A DNA stretch of 61,958 nucleotides. It comes from Girardia tigrina (lineage: Eukaryota). The translations under genes and the position numbers were made by a program. Positions 38,336-52,039 of the stretch are shown here, piece after piece (within the stretch, counting starts at the first letter, position 1; each line of letters opens with the position of its first letter). The notes beneath the pieces are model-generated. The model did no database searches. It was not told the origin of the DNA and worked only from the letters and a program-made list of their open reading frames with translations. The stretch spans positions 1 through 61,958 of the forward strand of contig MQRK01216696.1 in the NCBI GenBank assembly GCA_001938485.1, written 5' to 3'.

Positions 38336-39330
38336 CAGGGGTCTCCAAACTTTTTTCTACGCAGGCCTGATGGAGCATTTGAAGATAGTCCCGCTGGTCA
38401 CATATATAAATTATCGTATTAAAAACGTATAATCAGTGAATACAAAGATAAATGATAAGTTTCTTAATAATATGAACTTATAAAGTTATAATTGTAATTA
38501 CATTATAGTGAACATTTTTAAAATATACTCAAAACAATAACATTAAATTCAATTTAATAATTATTTTAAAAAAAATTGGACGATTAGCGGTAGGTCTAAC
38601 TAGTGAGAATGGTATAACTGTTGTTGGTTTTGTAAAATATCTGAGTAATCCGGTTGAATCTTCGAAGCACTAATTATAAGTAAGGATTTTAAATGTGAGT
38701 CTGACAAAGAAGTTCTGTATTTTGATTTGATATACTTCATTTTAGAAAAAAATTTGTTCGCAAAGGTAAGTCATGTCAAATATAGAAATAAATTGACAAG
38801 CAATTTTTTTTAAATTTGGAAATTGATCCAAATTCAAATTTTTATAAAAATCAATCAAGTTTTCTTACTTATATTTTTAATACGTTCATCTGCATGCAGT
38901 TCAATTACTTCCATTTGAAAATGGGTTTGAATATTTCCAATATCACAATCGAACGGATTTTGAAAAAACCTTATTTCTACAGCATTAGGATCCAGCTCAG
39001 CAAAACGTTTCCAAAATTGTGTTTTCATGTCTTCGATAAATATATTTGCGAAAAGCAAAGAAAATGTCTCTTCGCACGTTTTATGCAATTTCAACACTTT
39101 AGACTCTTAAACAATCCAAACTGGATTGCGGTAGGACATCATCAGAAATATTCTAGAATTATAGTTTTAGCTGGAATATGGGTAGAAAAATCATTAGTCC
39201 TTGCTTTTTCAATATTTGTAATGTCAAGGGAAAACGTGTTTAGTTTTTCTACAGACATTCTTGTTTTACTACTTTGATTATGTTCGACAAAATATATTTT
39301 TTCGACAAGATCGAACTCCACCACATTAAA
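38336..39330 (-). mobile_element. hAT (Charlie/SPIN-like) 3' fragment
   Basis: End CAGGGGTCTCCAAAC. RF.ELD..FQNPF..QMEVIELH and TYLCEQ..SKMKYIKSKYR (hAT dimerisation region). Confidence 0.8.
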
Positions 39331-39839
39331 AGTTTTCTGCTTAATAAATTAAAGTTAACCTTGCATAGAAAATGAATCGATGAAATAAGTACCGCAGAAT
39401 GGCCATCATATACACAGGATCTGACCCCATTTTACGTTTTTTCCGTTGTGGAAATATCAAATTTCTTATGTACCAAAATCAACAATACATTCTTGATGAT
39501 TTGAAGTATTCAATAAAAGCTGAATGTCAAAACATAACCACTGAAACCATCAAAAGAATCGACAATTTCAAAAAGTTTGGTTTCAGTAGATAATTTGAAC
39601 ATCTATTAATATTATGATGGATTAAAAGTGTTTCTTTTTTGTTTCTAAAAACATAAAAGACTACTGGAGCATCTTAGTAAACATCTTATTCTGAGTTGGC
39701 CATTAAAGTTAAATTAGAGAATTGAGAGTGAAATTAAATTGTACTCATTCGTAAAAAGTTAAGAAATATTGAAAAATGAAAAATATAACAAATAACGAAT
39801 ATGTTGTCTTTATTTTATCGAAAATCTTGATGAACTATA

Positions 39840-41088
39840 CGTCGTGCGTTCTATAACCACTCGAACTAACAAAGAAAAAAAATTCCAAAAAGGGCCATTT
39901 TATAACACAACAAACTTAACGTATGTAGGCATCATTTTTCAACATAATGTCGATTTCGCTCCACACAATTACTCCAACGAATAATAAACTCAGAAAACAC
40001 ACAAATTCTGGTGGACATGCGGTGAAGAAATCCTCAATGGACACCTTAAAATCGTTTTTAGATTCAAACTTGGGGCCTCTCAAATGCTTCTTTAGCTATC
40101 CGAAGAGGTAAAAATCACTCGATGCCAAATCTTAGCTTTATGGCGGTTTATCCATAAGCCTTTAATTGTGGCCCGAGAAATGCTTGCTATGTGCACTAGC
40201 GTATTGTCATTGAGAAACCATAATTTTGTGTTCTTCTGCTTCCGCCTATTCTTTCTTTCGATTGACACGAGTTGGCTGTAATATGCAGTGTAGATGGTGA
40301 TGCTTTTATCTGCGAAATTCATGAGAATAATACCTTTATAATATCAGAAAATGGAAAGCATCATAACTCGTCCATGACTTGTCCCCGTTCTCATCTTCAA
40401 AGATGGTTTCTATCCAGACAGTTTCCAATCTGTTGACTCACGCTTTTCTTCCTGTAAATATATACTGAGTAGGGTTTCATCCTCAATAATTCAATTTTCC
40501 AGGAAAGTCTCACCATGCTGATTCCACATGTTCAAGTTCTTCAAGCGATTTCGCATTATTTCAGCAGTCAAGAAGCCGCGTAGAATCTGGAGCACAGTTT
40601 TCTGATACTCATATATTTCAATTTGACGTGGGCTGTACCAACACTGATGTTGAGCACTTTCATGATAATTCGTCACTCTTCTTGGACGATCTCCAATTTT
40701 TCATCAACTGTGTCAAAAATTTCTTATAGTCAACCTGATTTTTCTTGATCGAAAACGGAGGTTCGACCACTTTTAAACTATCTGACCCAATATTTAACAG
40801 TAGTCAGAAATGGGGAGTCATGTAGGTAAGTTGACTGCAAAAGATATTAGATGTCACTGCACGTATTCTTCTGCAACTCACAGAACTTGATAACGCTGCG
40901 GTATTCGACATATGAAATCATCACACAGACGAAAATTCAAAATGTCAGAATAAAAATTTTAATGCATTTGATAAAATAAAACAATTATTGAAATTAAAAT
41001 TTATATTACTTTATTTAATCACACAAACAAACAAAAATCTTCTATTACATTTTTTACCTTAGATCAGGTACATATTGAACCTACCACG
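39840..41088 (-). mobile_element. Degenerate full-length mariner
   Basis: Imperfect TIRs about 1.25 kb apart. Remnants EDETLLSIY, FLNDNTLVH and FKSGRTSV. Confidence 0.75.
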
Positions 41089-41176
41089 TGCTTATGGAAA
41101 AGTAGAATTTTTCACTATATAAACTCAGATTTTATTTATTCTTTTATCAAAATTTAGAAATAATTTTATTATTTAG

Positions 41177-41376
41177 ATGGAATTTTGTCTCCTTTGGCAT
41201 ATACTCCAGAAAATAGTGATGAAGATATTCCAAATTCTGAACATAATTTTTTTTCTTCAATTTACAATCTTCCTGACGAAAGAATAAAAGATTCTAAAGA
41301 ATATGGTGTTGATGTAACAGATTCGGCAAGTGATACTGGGTCTTGGATTAGTAGTTTGGATAATTTATCATCCGAG
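41177..41376 (+). CDS. PRUNE2: PRUNE2-like acidic linker exon
   Basis: tag/gt boundaries. DGILSPLAYTPENSDED...DNLSSE. Phase 1-0 fits the neighbouring exons. Confidence 0.7.
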
Positions 41377-41457
41377 GTGCATATCTTAAGATGTTTCTAT
41401 TTTTATTTAAATTTTTGTAATTTAAAATAGTCAAATACTTTTTATTTACTTTACTTT

Positions 41458-41655
41458 TGTGTGGAATATTTTTGAATGGTGCTTTTTGTATGTTTGGTAT
41501 GTTGTTTTAGGATTGTGTTTCTCCCACCCAGATGGAAGATTGATATTTTAAATATTTTAAAACGGATTATTTAATCAATTATTAAAGTTTAAACAACCAA
41601 TTTTAAAATTAAATTAATATTTAATAAGTAATATTTTAATAATAATTTTCTTAAA
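41458..41655 (+). repeat. Dispersed repeat family, copy 3
   Basis: TGTGTGGAATATTT...GTATGTTGTTTTAGGATTGTGTTTCTCCCACCCAGATGGA followed by an AT-rich tail. The right end is uncertain. Confidence 0.7.
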
Positions 41656-41895
41656 ATAAATAAAATTTATTTTAATTTAAATTATAAATTATTTTTGTAA
41701 TCTAATTGTAAATTAAATTTGTTTGAATAATAAGACATTAAAGAATATTATTAAAAAATTATCAATCAAGAACGGTGTCGAGCTACGCAAGTTTTACGGA
41801 GAATTGTATTATTTATAATTATTTATAATAATTTATATTATTATTTATAAATTAAATTATTATTTATAAATTAATTATAAATTAAATATTATTAT

Positions 41896-41942
<47 letters not shown>

Positions 41943-42499
41943 TAATTTTTGGTCACTACACCGTATCATCCCAGTTTTTCGAAAGACATTTTGCCGAAAA
42001 GACATTGTAAAACATAACAAATGAAAATTTTACTAAACTGAATTACATTCAATCAATTATCTACATTTTGCCTAAATTTAATTTTTCTTAAGTGAATTTT
42101 TTTACAAGAGATGGCAATGAAGATGTTGGAATATCTTTTCATAATTATTGTCGTCGAACGCGATTTGCTATTGATTTAACTCAGATTTTGCTAACCTCCA
42201 ATTGTTAAATTAAGTTTCAAAATCTCAATTTACTCTGACATTATATGCTATCCGGGTATGTCAACCGTAAAATTAGTTTTTGAGTATTTACAAAGATTTA
42301 TGGAAATAATTCATATATTTGTATTAAACCCTGATATTACGTAACACAATAGTCAACAAGTCCCCGGTCTGACACATTTAATACCCCAAAGTTGAAGTTA
42401 TCTAACAATAACTAATCTGCATAGCAGCATCTTTGAAACGATAGATGTCAAAAAACCATTATTTTATCATAATTTTTAAAAAAAATTATGTAAGTTTTA

Positions 42500-43236
42500 G
42501 GGACGCATATTATATCAAGTTTAATTAGATCAATGGATAAAACCGAATTTTGGGTCTTAATAAAAAATAGTTATCTGATGCAGAAAATACTGTTGGAGAA
42601 AATATGGCCTCAGAAACGTTATAGAGACACTGCAACGGGAAGATTCACTATTACTAATCGATTTGTCTAATTTAATCGCGATCGTATAACTGCCGAGGAT
42701 GTTGAAAGTCCAGGTCGCCCCAAATACGCTGTTGTTCCAGAAACCATAGAAAAATCACGACAAAGTTTTGAAGAAACGTAAAAGTAAGTTGCGTGAGATA
42801 GCCGCCATCTTGTAGATATCAGAAGGTAGTGTCTTTACCGTTTTACACGATACTTTGGTGAACGAGTAAGTTGATCTCGAAATATGTGCCGCGTTTGCTA
42901 ACATCAGAAAAAAGGCAACAACGCATCGGCGATTCATAGCGCTGTTTGAAGCTGTTCAATAGAAATAAAAGGGATTTTTTTGTTTTCCCACCCACCTTAT
43001 TCACCAGATCTGGTCCCCAGCAACTACTGGCTTTTTACAGACTTCAAAAAGATGCTCCAAGGTAACAGATTTCTTTCAAATCAAAAGGTTATTGTCGAAA
43101 CTGAAAGCTTTTTTAGAAAAAAGACAAATTGATCTACAAAAATGCATTGAAAAGTTAAAGTTGATAAATCAAGTTTTATTTCTAAAATTATCTTTACTTT
43201 TCTTATGTAGATCGGGAATTTATTTAGTCGTCTGTT
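42500..43236 (+). mobile_element. Internally deleted mariner remnant
   Basis: EDVESPGRP..KLREIA..ISEGSV and PHPPYSPDLVPSNYWLF. Confidence 0.75.
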
Positions 43237-44029
43237 ATAATTTTCATTTTCATTTAGTTGTACTAGATTTAAATAATTTAATTTGAAAAAACATGAAACT
43301 AAATATTATAAATAATATCTATATATAATTTATAAACATTAAATATTAAAGTAAAAATATAAAAATAAAAAATAGTATTTGGTGTATTAAAATTAGGTAT
43401 TAGTGGTGAGTGTTTGGAGTTAGATAAGGTTAGGTTAAAATACTTGAAAAATATTATTAAACAAATTCTTTCAGGTTAAATATTATTAAAATCAAATATT
43501 TAAAATTAAATATATTTTTGAAGAAATTAAGTAATTTAAGTAAGTTAAGTAATTTAAAGTTAAAAATATAATAATTTTAAATAATGATCGAAATGAATAT
43601 TTTTATCGTAAGATTATTAGAATATTATAGAATTTAAGGAAAAGAAGTGAAAATTTGTTTAAATTTCTGTATAATAAAATTATTAATTGTGCTATAATGA
43701 ACTCAAATATTGATATAACTAGCAATACATTTAATAAATCCCTTTTTGATATGTCAAATAATATTTCAAATAATTAAATTTTGTTATTTTGATTTAATTC
43801 CATTTTTTAATCCCCAAATATTATATATAAGTATCAGGGTAAAGGATATACAACATTAAAACACAAAATTAAAAAATATTATTCACACTTATCATTTTTA
43901 AGCACTTTTCATATACCTTCACTGTATTTCATCTTGTCAAGAATGGGCCATTTACTTTTGCCTATATCTCAGCATTTAGACCACATAGAAACTTCAAATT
44001 TTCACTGAATGATTTGTTAGGTCTTAAGG

Positions 44030-44212
44030 TACATGGGAAAAAAAATCTGTACGAGGGAAATACAGCAAGATACGCCCTGCTAAGTACCTCAAAGAGAAAA
44101 TTATTAAAAGTACAGAAAAGACAAAAATGAAGAAAATAAGAAAAATCTGTACGAGGGAAATACAGCAAGATACGCCCTGCTAAGTACCTCAAGGGAAAAT
44201 AACTAAAAGTAC
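44030..44212. repeat. 100-bp tandem repeat running into a gap
   Basis: AAAAATCTGTACGAGGGAAATACAGCAAGATACGCCCTGCTAAGTACCTCAA at 44041 and 44141. Confidence 0.8.
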
Positions 44213-45627
44213 NNNNNNNNNNNNNNNNNNNNNNNNNNNNNNNNNNNNNNNNNNNNNNNNNNNNNNNNNNNNNNNNNNNNNNNNNNNNNNNNNNNNNNNN
44301 NNNNNNNNNNNNNNNNNNNNNNNNNNNNNNNNNNNNNNNNNNNNNNNNNNNNNNNNNNNNNNNNNNNNNNNNNNNNNNNNNNNNNNNNNNNNNNNNNNNN
44401 NNNNNNNNNNNNNNNNNNNNNNNNNNNNNNNNNNNNNNNNNNNNNNNNNNNNNNNNNNNNNNNNNNNNNNNNNNNNNNNNNNNNNNNNNNNNNNNNNNNN
44501 NNNNNNNNNNNNNNNNNNNNNNNNNNNNNNNNNNNNNNNNNNNNNNNNNNNNNNNNNNNNNNNNNNNNNNNNNNNNNNNNNNNNNNNNNNNNNNNNNNNN
44601 NNNNNNNNNNNNNNNNNNNNNNNNNNNNNNNNNNNNNNNNNNNNNNNNNNNNNNNNNNNNNNNNNNNNNNNNNNNNNNNNNNNNNNNNNNNNNNNNNNNN
44701 NNNNNNNNNNNNNNNNNNNNNNNNNNNNNNNNNNNNNNNNNNNNNNNNNNNNNNNNNNNNNNNNNNNNNNNNNNNNNNNNNNNNNNNNNNNNNNNNNNNN
44801 NNNNNNNNNNNNNNNNNNNNNNNNNNNNNNNNATTGAAAACTGAGGGTACACTAAAATTGTCTTTTCTGACCCAGAAAAGTTATTTTGTCCTTTTGAGTG
44901 CATTATGAAAAGTGCTTAGTATTTTTTTTAAAATTCTGTTATTAATTACTCTAAAACTCAAATTAATCCCCACGAGGAATTATTATTTTAGGTAAGTATT
45001 TTTAAAAAATATAGGAGGTTAGAAATTATTCGAGATTTTATCAAAAATTAAACGAAATAAAAAATAAGAGAAACATAAAAAAATTTATTCATCCACTATT
45101 TCAGAAAAATAAGACTCACTCAGGTGGTTGATTAAATCCAGTTTTAGAGTAAGTACAGCATTTTTTTATGTTTACTTTACCAATAGTCACTATTATTTAG
45201 TCTTTTATTCTGATCTCTTTTTATCTAATATCATTCGTTCTGGAGTCTCCTATATGGTAGAATTGTAGGTTAGAGAAAAGCCAAAAATATTGCAGAAACA
45301 TTGAATGTTAAAGATTTCGAAACAAGGAATTGCTGTTTCTATAATACACCATTTTACATGAAAATTAATTTTTATGAGATTAATTTTATCGGAATAACCG
45401 TCATGATCAGATCATAAAACTGTTTATATGTTCCAGTAGTAATGAAATCGTAATGACAACACTTTCATTACGGTTTGTTGAGTGACATTAAATTTAGTAT
45501 ATCTAAAGTTATTTTCTTTCTTGATGACTCAATGACGTCGGTTATACGGTAAAAACTTTCCAAAATTATTCTTTTATAATTATTTAAATATTTATTAATT
45601 TAAAAATTATTAATAGTTAATATATAG

Positions 45628-46257
45628 GTTACAAAAAGACGCCATAAACTTGAAGCTGATAATTTGGATTCTGTGGTAAATGTGGTTGTTGCAGATGTAA
45701 TCACAAAATCCGAAAAAATAATTCAAAAGGAAAATTTTTACAAATGTGTTTTGAAAAAATGGTCAGATTCCTATACAGAAGCAGAAAAACTTAATTTCAT
45801 TAACATTATTGAAAGCGATGATGCATCCAACTTAGCAAACATATTGACTACTGGTCTAATTCGAGATTGCTTATCAGACTTTCAAACACTTTCTAGTGAC
45901 AAAGAATACAATAATAATGCCGCAAACACAGACGTAGATGATTGTCAAATAAAGTCACCCAGTGATGAATCCGTTGAAAGCGATGAAGGAGATTCCTTTT
46001 CTTGTGTGCCAGACTCCACAATTCCAGATCTCGAAATTAATTATAACAGTTGTCCAGTTGGTACAATAATTAATAAAGAAAATCAAGGAATTTTAAACTG
46101 TATAAGCAATTCTGGAATTGACGTTGAAAACAGTAGTTTCAGTCTGTATAGAAGAATTTCAAGCAACCAGTTAGATTTTTCTGAAGATGAGAAAAAATTG
46201 TTGGCAGTTGCGGGAAATTGGTATCCAGATGAAGATGTGATTTATTCAGATGGCGAA
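45628..46257 (+). CDS. PRUNE2: PRUNE2-like large acidic exon
   Basis: 630-nt open D/E/S-rich frame between tag and gt. Phase 0-0. Confidence 0.75.
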
Positions 46258-46335
46258 GTTATTATTGTTGTCATTATTTATATTATTATTATTATTTATT
46301 ATTATTAATTATTATTATTGATTATGTTTATCCAG

Positions 46336-46430
46336 CAAGATCCTAATGCGGTCCCAGATAACGAATTAGAAGCAGATATATCAAAGAAACTTATTTTCCC
46401 AAATAAAGAGATTACTATTAATCTAACAAA
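46336..46430 (+). CDS. PRUNE2: PRUNE2-like exon
   Basis: cag/gtaatt boundaries. QDPNAVPDNELEADISKK... Phase 0-2, after a 78-nt intron. Confidence 0.65.
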
Positions 46431-46883
46431 GTAATTTTACAAATCATTTAATTATATATTATTTTTTACTTTGTATATAATTGTTTTTCAGACAATGAAA
46501 TCAAATGAATATAATTTACTATCTAATTGTTGTTTTGTGGTTTAATTTAATATCTGTGCCTTCGAAACATTTTATTTTGAAATGTGTTTTGTACAAAACT
46601 AGCTTTATATTTTGCTTGGAAAAATCGTACTCCTACCTTCATTGTAAATTGTTTGTGTCAAATAATTACAGTTCATAAAATTCTGTTAATTTTCGATTAT
46701 GTATCATCTGTGAAGACTCATTCATAATTATTCTAAGCAGTGACAAAACCAAGTCTATGAAGTATATTTAAGTAATTGTTCAATAAGTTAATGTTGGCAG
46801 TATGTAAAACTAGTGAAAGATGTTTCCGTTTTATTTAATAAAGTCAAATCACTTTTATCACAAAGATGGAAACAATATACATA

Positions 46884-47756
46884 CAGGGTGCGGCAGCTAT
46901 TTGAGAACACGTAATATAGACACCATATCTTTTTGTGTGTTATAATTACATAATTTTATTTTTGCTGGTAGACATGGCAGAAGCTACTCTTACNNNNNNN
47001 NNNNNNNNNNNNNNNNNNNNNNNNNNNNNNNNNNNNNNNNNNNNNNNNNNNNNNNNNNNNNNNNNNNNNNNNNNNNNNNNNNNNNNNNNNNNNNNNNNNN
47101 NNNNNNNNNNNNNNNNNNNNNNNNNNNNNNNNNNNNNNNNNNNNNNNNNNNNNNNNNNNNNNNNNNNNNNNNNNNNNNNNNNNNNNNNNNNNNNNNNNNN
47201 NNNNNNNNNNNNNNNNNNNNNNNNNNNNNNNNNNNNNNNNNNNNNNNNNNNNNNNNNNNNNNNNNNNNNNNNNNNNNNNNNNNNNNNNNNNNNNNNNNNN
47301 NNNNNNNNNNNNNNNNNNNNNNNNNNNNNNNNNNNNNNNNNNNNNNNNNNNNNNNNNNNNNNNNNNNNNNNNNNNNNNNNNNNNNNNNNNNNNNNNNNNN
47401 NNNNNNNNNNNNNNNNNNNNNNNNNNNNNNNNNNNNNNNNNNNNNNNNNNNNNNNNNNNNNNNNNNNNNNNNNNNNNNNNNNNNNNNNNNNNNNNNNNNN
47501 NNNNNNNNNNNNNNNNNNNNNNNNNNNNNNNNNNNNNNNNNNNNNNNNNNNNNNNNNNNNNNNNNNNNNNNNNNNNNNNNNNNNNNNNNNNNNNNNNNNN
47601 NNNNNNNNNNNNNNNNNNNNNNNNNNNNNNNNNNNNNNNNNNNNNGTACGTGTTAATATATGTAAAATTTTAAATTGTAATAAATGTTATTTTTCTGTTG
47701 TATATTCATTTTTTGAACTTTATGTCATTTTGTTCTCAAATAGCTGCCGCACCCTG
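46884..47756. mobile_element. Tc1/mariner-type element, mostly in a gap
   Basis: Perfect 25-bp TIR CAGGGTGCGGCAGCTATTTGAGAAC with TA flanks. Confidence 0.85.
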
Positions 47757-50315
47757 TATATACTCAAATTGTAATGTTGCGACTAATTACATCGATCATT
47801 AATTAAAAACCAAAGTTTGAAATCACTACATTTAAAATCTTCCTAGGTGATCAAAATCGAACAATAATATTATTATAAATATTGTTCTTTTGTAAGAAAA
47901 GAAATTTGTCTTCTAAGTTAATCACAATGATTGACAAAGATTACACTGGGGAAAATTTTAAAAAAATTATTTGTTGAAAGAGGTTTTGGATTATTTATTT
48001 ATACTTCTACATCGCTAATTGCAAATGTGAAATCCGTTTCATGATGCATGCTCTAGTTTCTATGCAATTTTTATTTCTTTTTTTAGCAGTTAATGACTTT
48101 TGCTGGCTTTAAAATTTGATTTTTTTAACTTAATTTTTAAGTTTCGTTTTTAGATTGAATTAAGGCTTCCCCGAGGAAGTGTAAATGTAAGAATAAGCCT
48201 GTTACATATGTAGTTTTCATTTGTCACACTTGTAAATGTGGCATATTTTCAATTTCCCCTTGGTGGTCATAACAAGAACTGGACTCATCATTTTATGTGT
48301 CGAAATTGTAGTGGAATGCTTTGTGATAAAACGAGAAAACACACAGGCTTACTTTTGGTATTCATATGGTTTTGTGATAATCTTATGAACATATTAATTA
48401 CTGTTATTCTTGCATGATTTATGCAAAGTCCACCTGCAAGAAAAAATACAGAAGGGCGTAATATAAACGTTAAGATTTACTTCTTAAACAGTCAACTTGA
48501 TATGTTTCAACAAAAATCTTGTGGCTATCAATCAAAGACCTGAAGAAGATACAAGACAGCATTGGAAAGAATATGATAGCTGACTTCTACTAAAGCAACA
48601 AACGAGATTGCCCTCAACAAGTACACAAACGTAAATTTTAGCCTGAATTTTAATAGGGTTACACAAATTTTATGTTTGAAATAAATGTTTATTATATTCT
48701 TTTTTCGATATTGTATACATATTGAAGACATTATATCTTTCAGTGTATTAATGTGATCATCACATATAAATTAATATATTTTCCAAAGATGATGGCTGAG
48801 AGGACATTCTATTTCAAGTAAAACTAAATGTTGAAAATTTTACATTAAGATGAAAATCGGATATCTTGAATTGTGAAAAAACCATCTTTTACTGAGCAAA
48901 ACTCTGATATTGGGGATCAGCATTCTCTAATTAATTAGGAACAAGCGTTTTATGTATGGAACAAAAATTTGTTACTTATACTTTTAAAACAACTGAATTG
49001 AAAATCGAAAATAATTATTATTTCATGAACTTTTTTATCATTTTATTTTCAATTATGGAATTTTAAGAATGTCTTTAAAAAAGCTGTCCACATTTATTTT
49101 TAACAGCTTTACACTGTTATCTAAAATATACATATGCTTGAAATATAAATTATTTATATATTAACTTATACATTCAAGTTTAAAGACCTCAATATTTGAG
49201 ATTATAGCGTTATTAAATTTATAGTTTGCATAATTTTCTTTATTTACATAAAAAGTAAATCTGTTTTAATTTCTGATTATGAAATACTATTTTTTGTACT
49301 TCACTAAATATAATTATGGTTTCAAAAGCATCAAAACTATTTATGAAATTTATATATTTATTTATATATTGTAGGAATATTTTTACTGAACTCCAAAAAG
49401 TTTTTGTTAATTTCAAATAAATAGATAAAACTGATAAATTATAAATGATTGTAACTGTTTTTCAGAAAAACTATTTTTCATGACGTATACTTCCGGTTGA
49501 AGTGATAAGGGTCAAATGTATTTTAGTGACATAATTATATGACCAATTATGTAATTAAGAAAATTTAAAACTCTTAATTATAAAATAGTTAATTAATTAA
49601 ATCCTTTATTCTCTTTTAAATAGCATTAATCTGTGTTGAATAATATTGGTTTTTATCCGAAGAACTAAACATGTTGTGGATTTTAGGGAAGTACAATGGT
49701 ATTTCTCTAATAATTATTGGGAATTTCTAGTTCTATAAAATCAAAATTTTTTGTTTGACAATCATCTTCAAAATAATTTAAGTTGTAGGAAGCGTCATTG
49801 AATATTAAAGTTAGAGACAATAAACAGCCTATTTTTCAAAATTTTATTTTCATAGTTTATTTTTATTATTTAATCAATTGTTTTGAAAAAAGTATGTATT
49901 TTTAAAAAAGGGTTCTTTTATCTCTAACCAATAATAAATTCATTAATCAGGAGAAAATTGAATTTTTTAATCTTTATAGGGTCCTGTACTTTAGGATTAC
50001 TGAAAAGTTTTTTTCATATACGTATATTATTAAAACGACTAGATTTTTAATGGAAAATTATAAATATTTATTACTTTTAACCTGGATAGGCATTTTATCA
50101 GGCTAGTTTTGTGTACCTTTTTTTAATGGCAATATATCATTTGATTTGTGGAATCAAGCAATTTAGTGAATTTTACGGTGTTGATTTTTATAATTGTAAT
50201 AGTTCTAAACTTCCTAAATTTGCTTTGAGCATGCTTAAGCTATATTGAATCTAAAATTTAAATCAGTGCTTTGTAGACATGTTATCTCTGTTTTAGAAGT
50301 TGTAGTATAATTTAG

Positions 50316-50431
50316 TTTAGAAACCAATACAAGCACAGAAATTTCTTTAAACGATCTCGATCTCATACCGACTCCGGACTTAAAGATGATTGACGATTCG
50401 AAATTGATGGAAAATGACTACCTTTTTTTGG
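50316..50431 (+). CDS. PRUNE2: PRUNE2-like exon with a BNIP2-type acidic motif
   Basis: EISLNDLDLIPTPD resembles the DINLDDLDTP-type motif of the BNIP2 family. gtaag donor. Phase 2-1. Confidence 0.7.
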
Positions 50432-50480
50432 GTAAGTTTTCCAGATTTAAATATTTAATCATTTTAGAATTTCCTATTAG

Positions 50481-50564
50481 ATCAATTGAAAAAAGAATCT
50501 GCGAAAATATCTCAAAATTCCATTCCTGTGGAAACAAGTATCCAAAATTCCTATGTCAATAAGG
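50481..50564 (+). CDS. PRUNE2: PRUNE2-like small exon
   Basis: tag/gtat boundaries with an open frame. Phase 1-1. Confidence 0.55.
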
Positions 50565-51018
50565 GTATCTTGAGTTTTTACTTAAATATACCAATTTTAT
50601 ATTTTTAAGAATTATGTATATGGGGATATTAATATCATGTTGTGAATTTTAAAGTAAAAATTTAATTAAAAGTTATTTATTATTGTGTCAGTTTTCTGAT
50701 AAAATTTTTTATTTAAAAATGTCATAATTTTTGATATAACGTTATTGCTTTTATGACTATTTTTAGTTGATTAAGCTATTAGGATTATCTTGTCATTTAA
50801 TTTTAATTAAAGTTATTCTTTTGCACTTATTATGTTCTCCTGATTCACCTGGCAGACCATAAAAATAATTATTTTTTATCATAGAAATAGTATATGCATT
50901 TAAAATGGAGTTTAAAAGTTCGGATTTGATTTTTCAAAATTTAACAAAATGTGTATCACACAAAATGAAAACATTACTTTTAAAATGAATATTTAATTAT
51001 TAATTTTTGTCCAAAAAG

Positions 51019-51108
51019 ATATGAGAAAGATGATAATTGTGAACCCATTTGTAATTAGACAACCTTTAGCGCTTAACATCGACCAAGTTAATATGGCTAA
51101 GAAAGAAA
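51019..51108 (+). CDS. PRUNE2: PRUNE2-like small exon
   Basis: aag/gtaa boundaries. DMRKMIIVNPFVIRQPLALNIDQVNMAKKE. Phase 1-1. Confidence 0.5.
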
Positions 51109-51334
51109 GTAAAAGGTTTTCTATGTATTCTCATACTGTACGAAATTTTAAAAATTATGAGAGTTATTTTTCTTTGAAATTTATCATGTTATAAAATAGA
51201 TAATAAAAATGGATATTATTATCATAACAATATATCTATATCATCTTCAATTGAACAACAAATATATCATTGAAGCCGTTGTCTAAAACCTATATAAATA
51301 ATTGTGTAAATAATAAATAAATATAATTGAATTA

Positions 51335-52039
51335 ATCCACGATATTTGATCCCGAGACAGTTAATCCCGGACACTTAATACTAAAGACACTTGAACCCAA
51401 TATCACTTAATACCGAGGTAATTGGAGGTAATTTTATCCTGAAGACGTGGATTGCTGATGGAACCTTTGCACTGACAAAAATAATGTTTTTCACCTTTAT
51501 TCAATTCATTTGCATTTGGAGATGGAATAAATCCAGTTGGTTGCGCCCTATGCATCGTAATGCAGCTTAGGGTTCATTACTCTTTAAAGTTTGACTGTGG
51601 AATCAGCACGAGGCTGCAACTGCAGGACGTGTGAGAACGACAAACTCAGTTGAAGGAGGGCTTTTAGTCATTCTTTCAATGTCATCACTCGGCAACCTAG
51701 AAGTTCATGAATAGGATCAGAAAGGACATCAACAAACAAGCAACACTGCTGCTTCAAGGTGTCATCAGCATAAGACACACAACTGAGAAGAGATATCGTA
51801 CTTTGAATGAAAGAGTAAAAAGAACCTTGAAGGCCTAAAATCGTGTTGAGGTACTAATGTATCTACGTCACACTCCGGAAAGTTAATTTTTAATTAATAA
51901 TAATATTTATTTCAGTCTTTTGTTATTGTTTATTGTAATCGGGATCAAGTGTCTTCGGTATCAAATGTCTTAGAGATTAAGTGTCCTCGGGATAAAGTGT
52001 CCGGGATTAACTGTCTCGCGATTAAGTGTACCTGTATCC
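51335..52039 (+). mobile_element. Deleted Mutator-like element with tandemly structured TIRs
   Basis: GACACTTAATCCCG-type subrepeats inverted at both ends. TWIADGTF and RTTNSVEG remnants. TSD-like ATTGAATTA / ATTGAATAT. Confidence 0.8.

Noticed and set aside
43962-47774. Long ORFs 43962-44903 and 46935-47774
   Set aside because: They are open only because they run through N gaps.
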